In this document: positions 25,324 to 26,484 of the stretch, piece by piece | Layout: each line of letters starts with the position of its first letter | Numbering within the stretch: the stretch's first letter is position 1 | IMG/VR virus record: IMGVR_UViG_3300037309_000133 | Coordinates: 1-26,484 of that record | Origin: a virus | Taxonomy: Duplodnaviria > Caudoviricetes | DNA length: 26,484 nucleotides | Direction: 5' to 3' (one strand) | Notes under the pieces: generated by a model | The model's database searches: none | What the model was told of the DNA's origin: nothing | Seen by the model: only the letters and a program-made list of their open reading frames with translations | Position numbers and translations under genes: made by a program

Positions 25324-25554
25324 TTAGGCTTCGTATTTTTTATGAAAAAAATCTTTGACATATTTTTTCTGATTGAGCGAGAGTAAAACTGCGTCTAAAA
25401 TGTCTTTAAATCGTTGGTCTCGTTCCGCCAGTACCACAAAAGCGGTTGCTAAATACTGTCTGTCCATTTCGCCTTTGAATTGAAAGGCGATACTACCTGT
25501 TTGGGGGTCGTGGTGGGCTTCAACCGTGAAAAAACTTAATTCTTGACTGTTCAT
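25324..25554 (-). CDS. Hypothetical protein
   Basis: 76 aa, ATGA overlap with the ATPase gene. Confidence 0.65.
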   Translation of the reverse strand: MNSQELSFFTVEAHHDPQTGSIAFQFKGEMDRQYLATAFVVLAERDQRFKDILDAVLLSLNQKKYVKDFFHKKYEA

Positions 25555-26450
25555 GCGGCGATGCTGATTTTGTAGCCTTCGATTTTCGCCCTAAGTTGGC
25601 GCAAATCGTTGACGGTTTTTTCATAAGCGTTTCCAACTAATCGAGTATTGACCTCACAAGACTCAAAAATCCGCTTGCATACTGAGGGGTCGGTGATGCC
25701 ATTGGCTTTGCAAATGGCTCGGACACTTTGTAGGTCTTCACCGACCAAGTGAACGAAGCTGCGCCCGAAGCGGCTGAATAGCTCGTCAAATCCTTTTTGA
25801 GCGTACTTCACGCCCCGCTTTATTTCCTTTTCTAAGTTGTCCGTTCCGCAAATCACCACCCCCAATTCGCCTTCACACTCGTTGTAGAGTGGAATCAACA
25901 GGCGCAAAGCGGCGGGTTTGAGTTTGTCGGCTTCGTCAATTATGAGTAGCGGTCGTTCCGCACCTTTGCGCTTGAAAAAGCTGGAAATGCTCTCAATAAA
26001 GTCGTCCACGTTGTTGGTAAGCGGCAAACCCAATGCCTTCATCAGAGCCTCCATAAACCGCCCGCGTGACCACTCCCGACATTCGAGCCGAAACACCGCC
26101 GTTGGGTTTTCACGGGCGAATAACTTGGTGGTGGTGGTTTTGCCCGAACCAGCGCGTTCGCTAATGGCTTTGAATTGGGCGTTCTGACGGGCATCGTCTA
26201 AGACCGTCCGCACCATCATATAGTTGCGGGTTTCGACCGTTGCCCAGCCCCCCTCAGTAAATGAGTAGCCAATTGCCGCCGCGATTTTGTAGTACATATC
26301 GTCGCCTTTGGCAGCGTAGGTCCCGTTTAGGATTTGGGTGATAACCGCGTCCGAAACGCCGCATTTACGGGCGGCTGCGCTTTGGCTGCCGAGTGCCGTG
26401 ATGTTTTGTCTGAGGGCTTGAATTAAGCCTATTTTTTGAATGTCGTGCAT
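25551..26450 (-). CDS. MuB-like transposition ATPase (HTH + AAA)
   Basis: SQSAAARKCGVSDAVITQILNGTY HTH; RAGSGKTT Walker A; LLIIDEAD Walker B; ELFSRFG. Confidence 0.9.
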   Translation of the reverse strand: MHDIQKIGLIQALRQNITALGSQSAAARKCGVSDAVITQILNGTYAAKGDDMYYKIAAAIGYSFTEGGWATVETRNYMMVRTVLDDARQNAQFKAISERAGSGKTTTTKLFARENPTAVFRLECREWSRGRFMEALMKALGLPLTNNVDDFIESISSFFKRKGAERPLLIIDEADKLKPAALRLLIPLYNECEGELGVVICGTDNLEKEIKRGVKYAQKGFDELFSRFGRSFVHLVGEDLQSVRAICKANGITDPSVCKRIFESCEVNTRLVGNAYEKTVNDLRQLRAKIEGYKISIAA

Positions 26451-26484
26451 GAGAATTTCGTTAATGATTAATGTTGGAACTTTG

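Larger units (their letters stand above)
1037..26259. repeat. Dispersed 10-mer TACTGAGGGG, 25 exact copies
   Basis: Plus copies start at 1137, 4414, 4802, 5140, 6964, 9159, 9763, 12422, 14400, 15418, 15625, 18147, 20772, 21194, 25139, 25680; minus copies (CCCCTCAGTA) at 1037, 2310, 11201, 12406, 15649, 16473, 20452, 21223, 26250; 9/10 matches at 11680 and 22386. Confidence 0.95.
1..26484. mobile_element. Interior of a Mu-like transposable prophage (contractile tail), probably Bacteroidota; ends and transposase outside window
   Basis: Contiguous tail, head, packaging and early modules including DUF935-like portal, MuF, gpG-like, gp36-like, MuB-like ATPase, Gam/GemA/Mor-like genes; capsid operon divergent from terminase operon. 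Confidence 0.93.

Noticed and set aside
504-26187. Numerous other opposite-strand or alternate-frame ORFs in the track (e.g. 4877-5305, 5558-6046, 8036-8536, 14669-15175, 21737-22312)
   Set aside because: Overlap well-supported phage genes and show no motifs
1037-26259. TACTGAGGGG as transposase end-binding sites, CRISPR repeats or a strictly polar Chi/KOPS site
   Set aside because: Spread through genes rather than clustered at ends, irregular spacing, and a 16:9 strand split is not clearly polar; polarity still needs a genome-wide test
1-26484. tRNA/rRNA genes, reverse transcriptase or DGR, invertase, alternative genetic code
   Set aside because: No such motifs seen; long genes read cleanly in code 11 and use all three stop codons

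Overview
The whole window is the interior of a Mu-like (transposable), contractile-tailed prophage, most likely from a Bacteroidota host (TAnnTTTG promoter boxes, AT-rich translation starts, Bacteroidota-type Mu gene order). Minus strand 352-9620: gpD-like tail protein, DUF6046-like protein, tape measure, frameshifted tail chaperone, tube, sheath, small membrane proteins, major capsid and prohead protease/scaffold. Plus strand 9831-20729: terminases, gp36-like adaptor, portal, MuF with an ADP-ribosyltransferase domain, gpG-like and gp37-like proteins. Minus strand 21235-26450: early genes (MuB-like ATPase, Gam-like, GemA-like, Mor-like, a second ATPase). The transposase, prophage ends, baseplate/fibre genes and endolysin are not seen. 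Most unusual signals: (1) the 10-mer TACTGAGGGG occurs 25 times by my manual count, on both strands, inside genes in five reading frames and as inverted pairs in terminator-like hairpins, like a DNA-uptake-sequence or HIP1-type signal; (2) an AT-rich two-gene module (soluble protein plus 4-TM protein) bounded by an attC-like hairpin and a complementary GTT core, like an integron-type cassette inserted into the prophage; (3) a probable -1 frameshift fusing portal to MuF-ART, with an antisense, separately promoted candidate immunity gene; (4) repeated convergent micro-gene pairs with weakly paralogous antisense genes. All product calls rest on motif and synteny recognition by eye; no searches were run.
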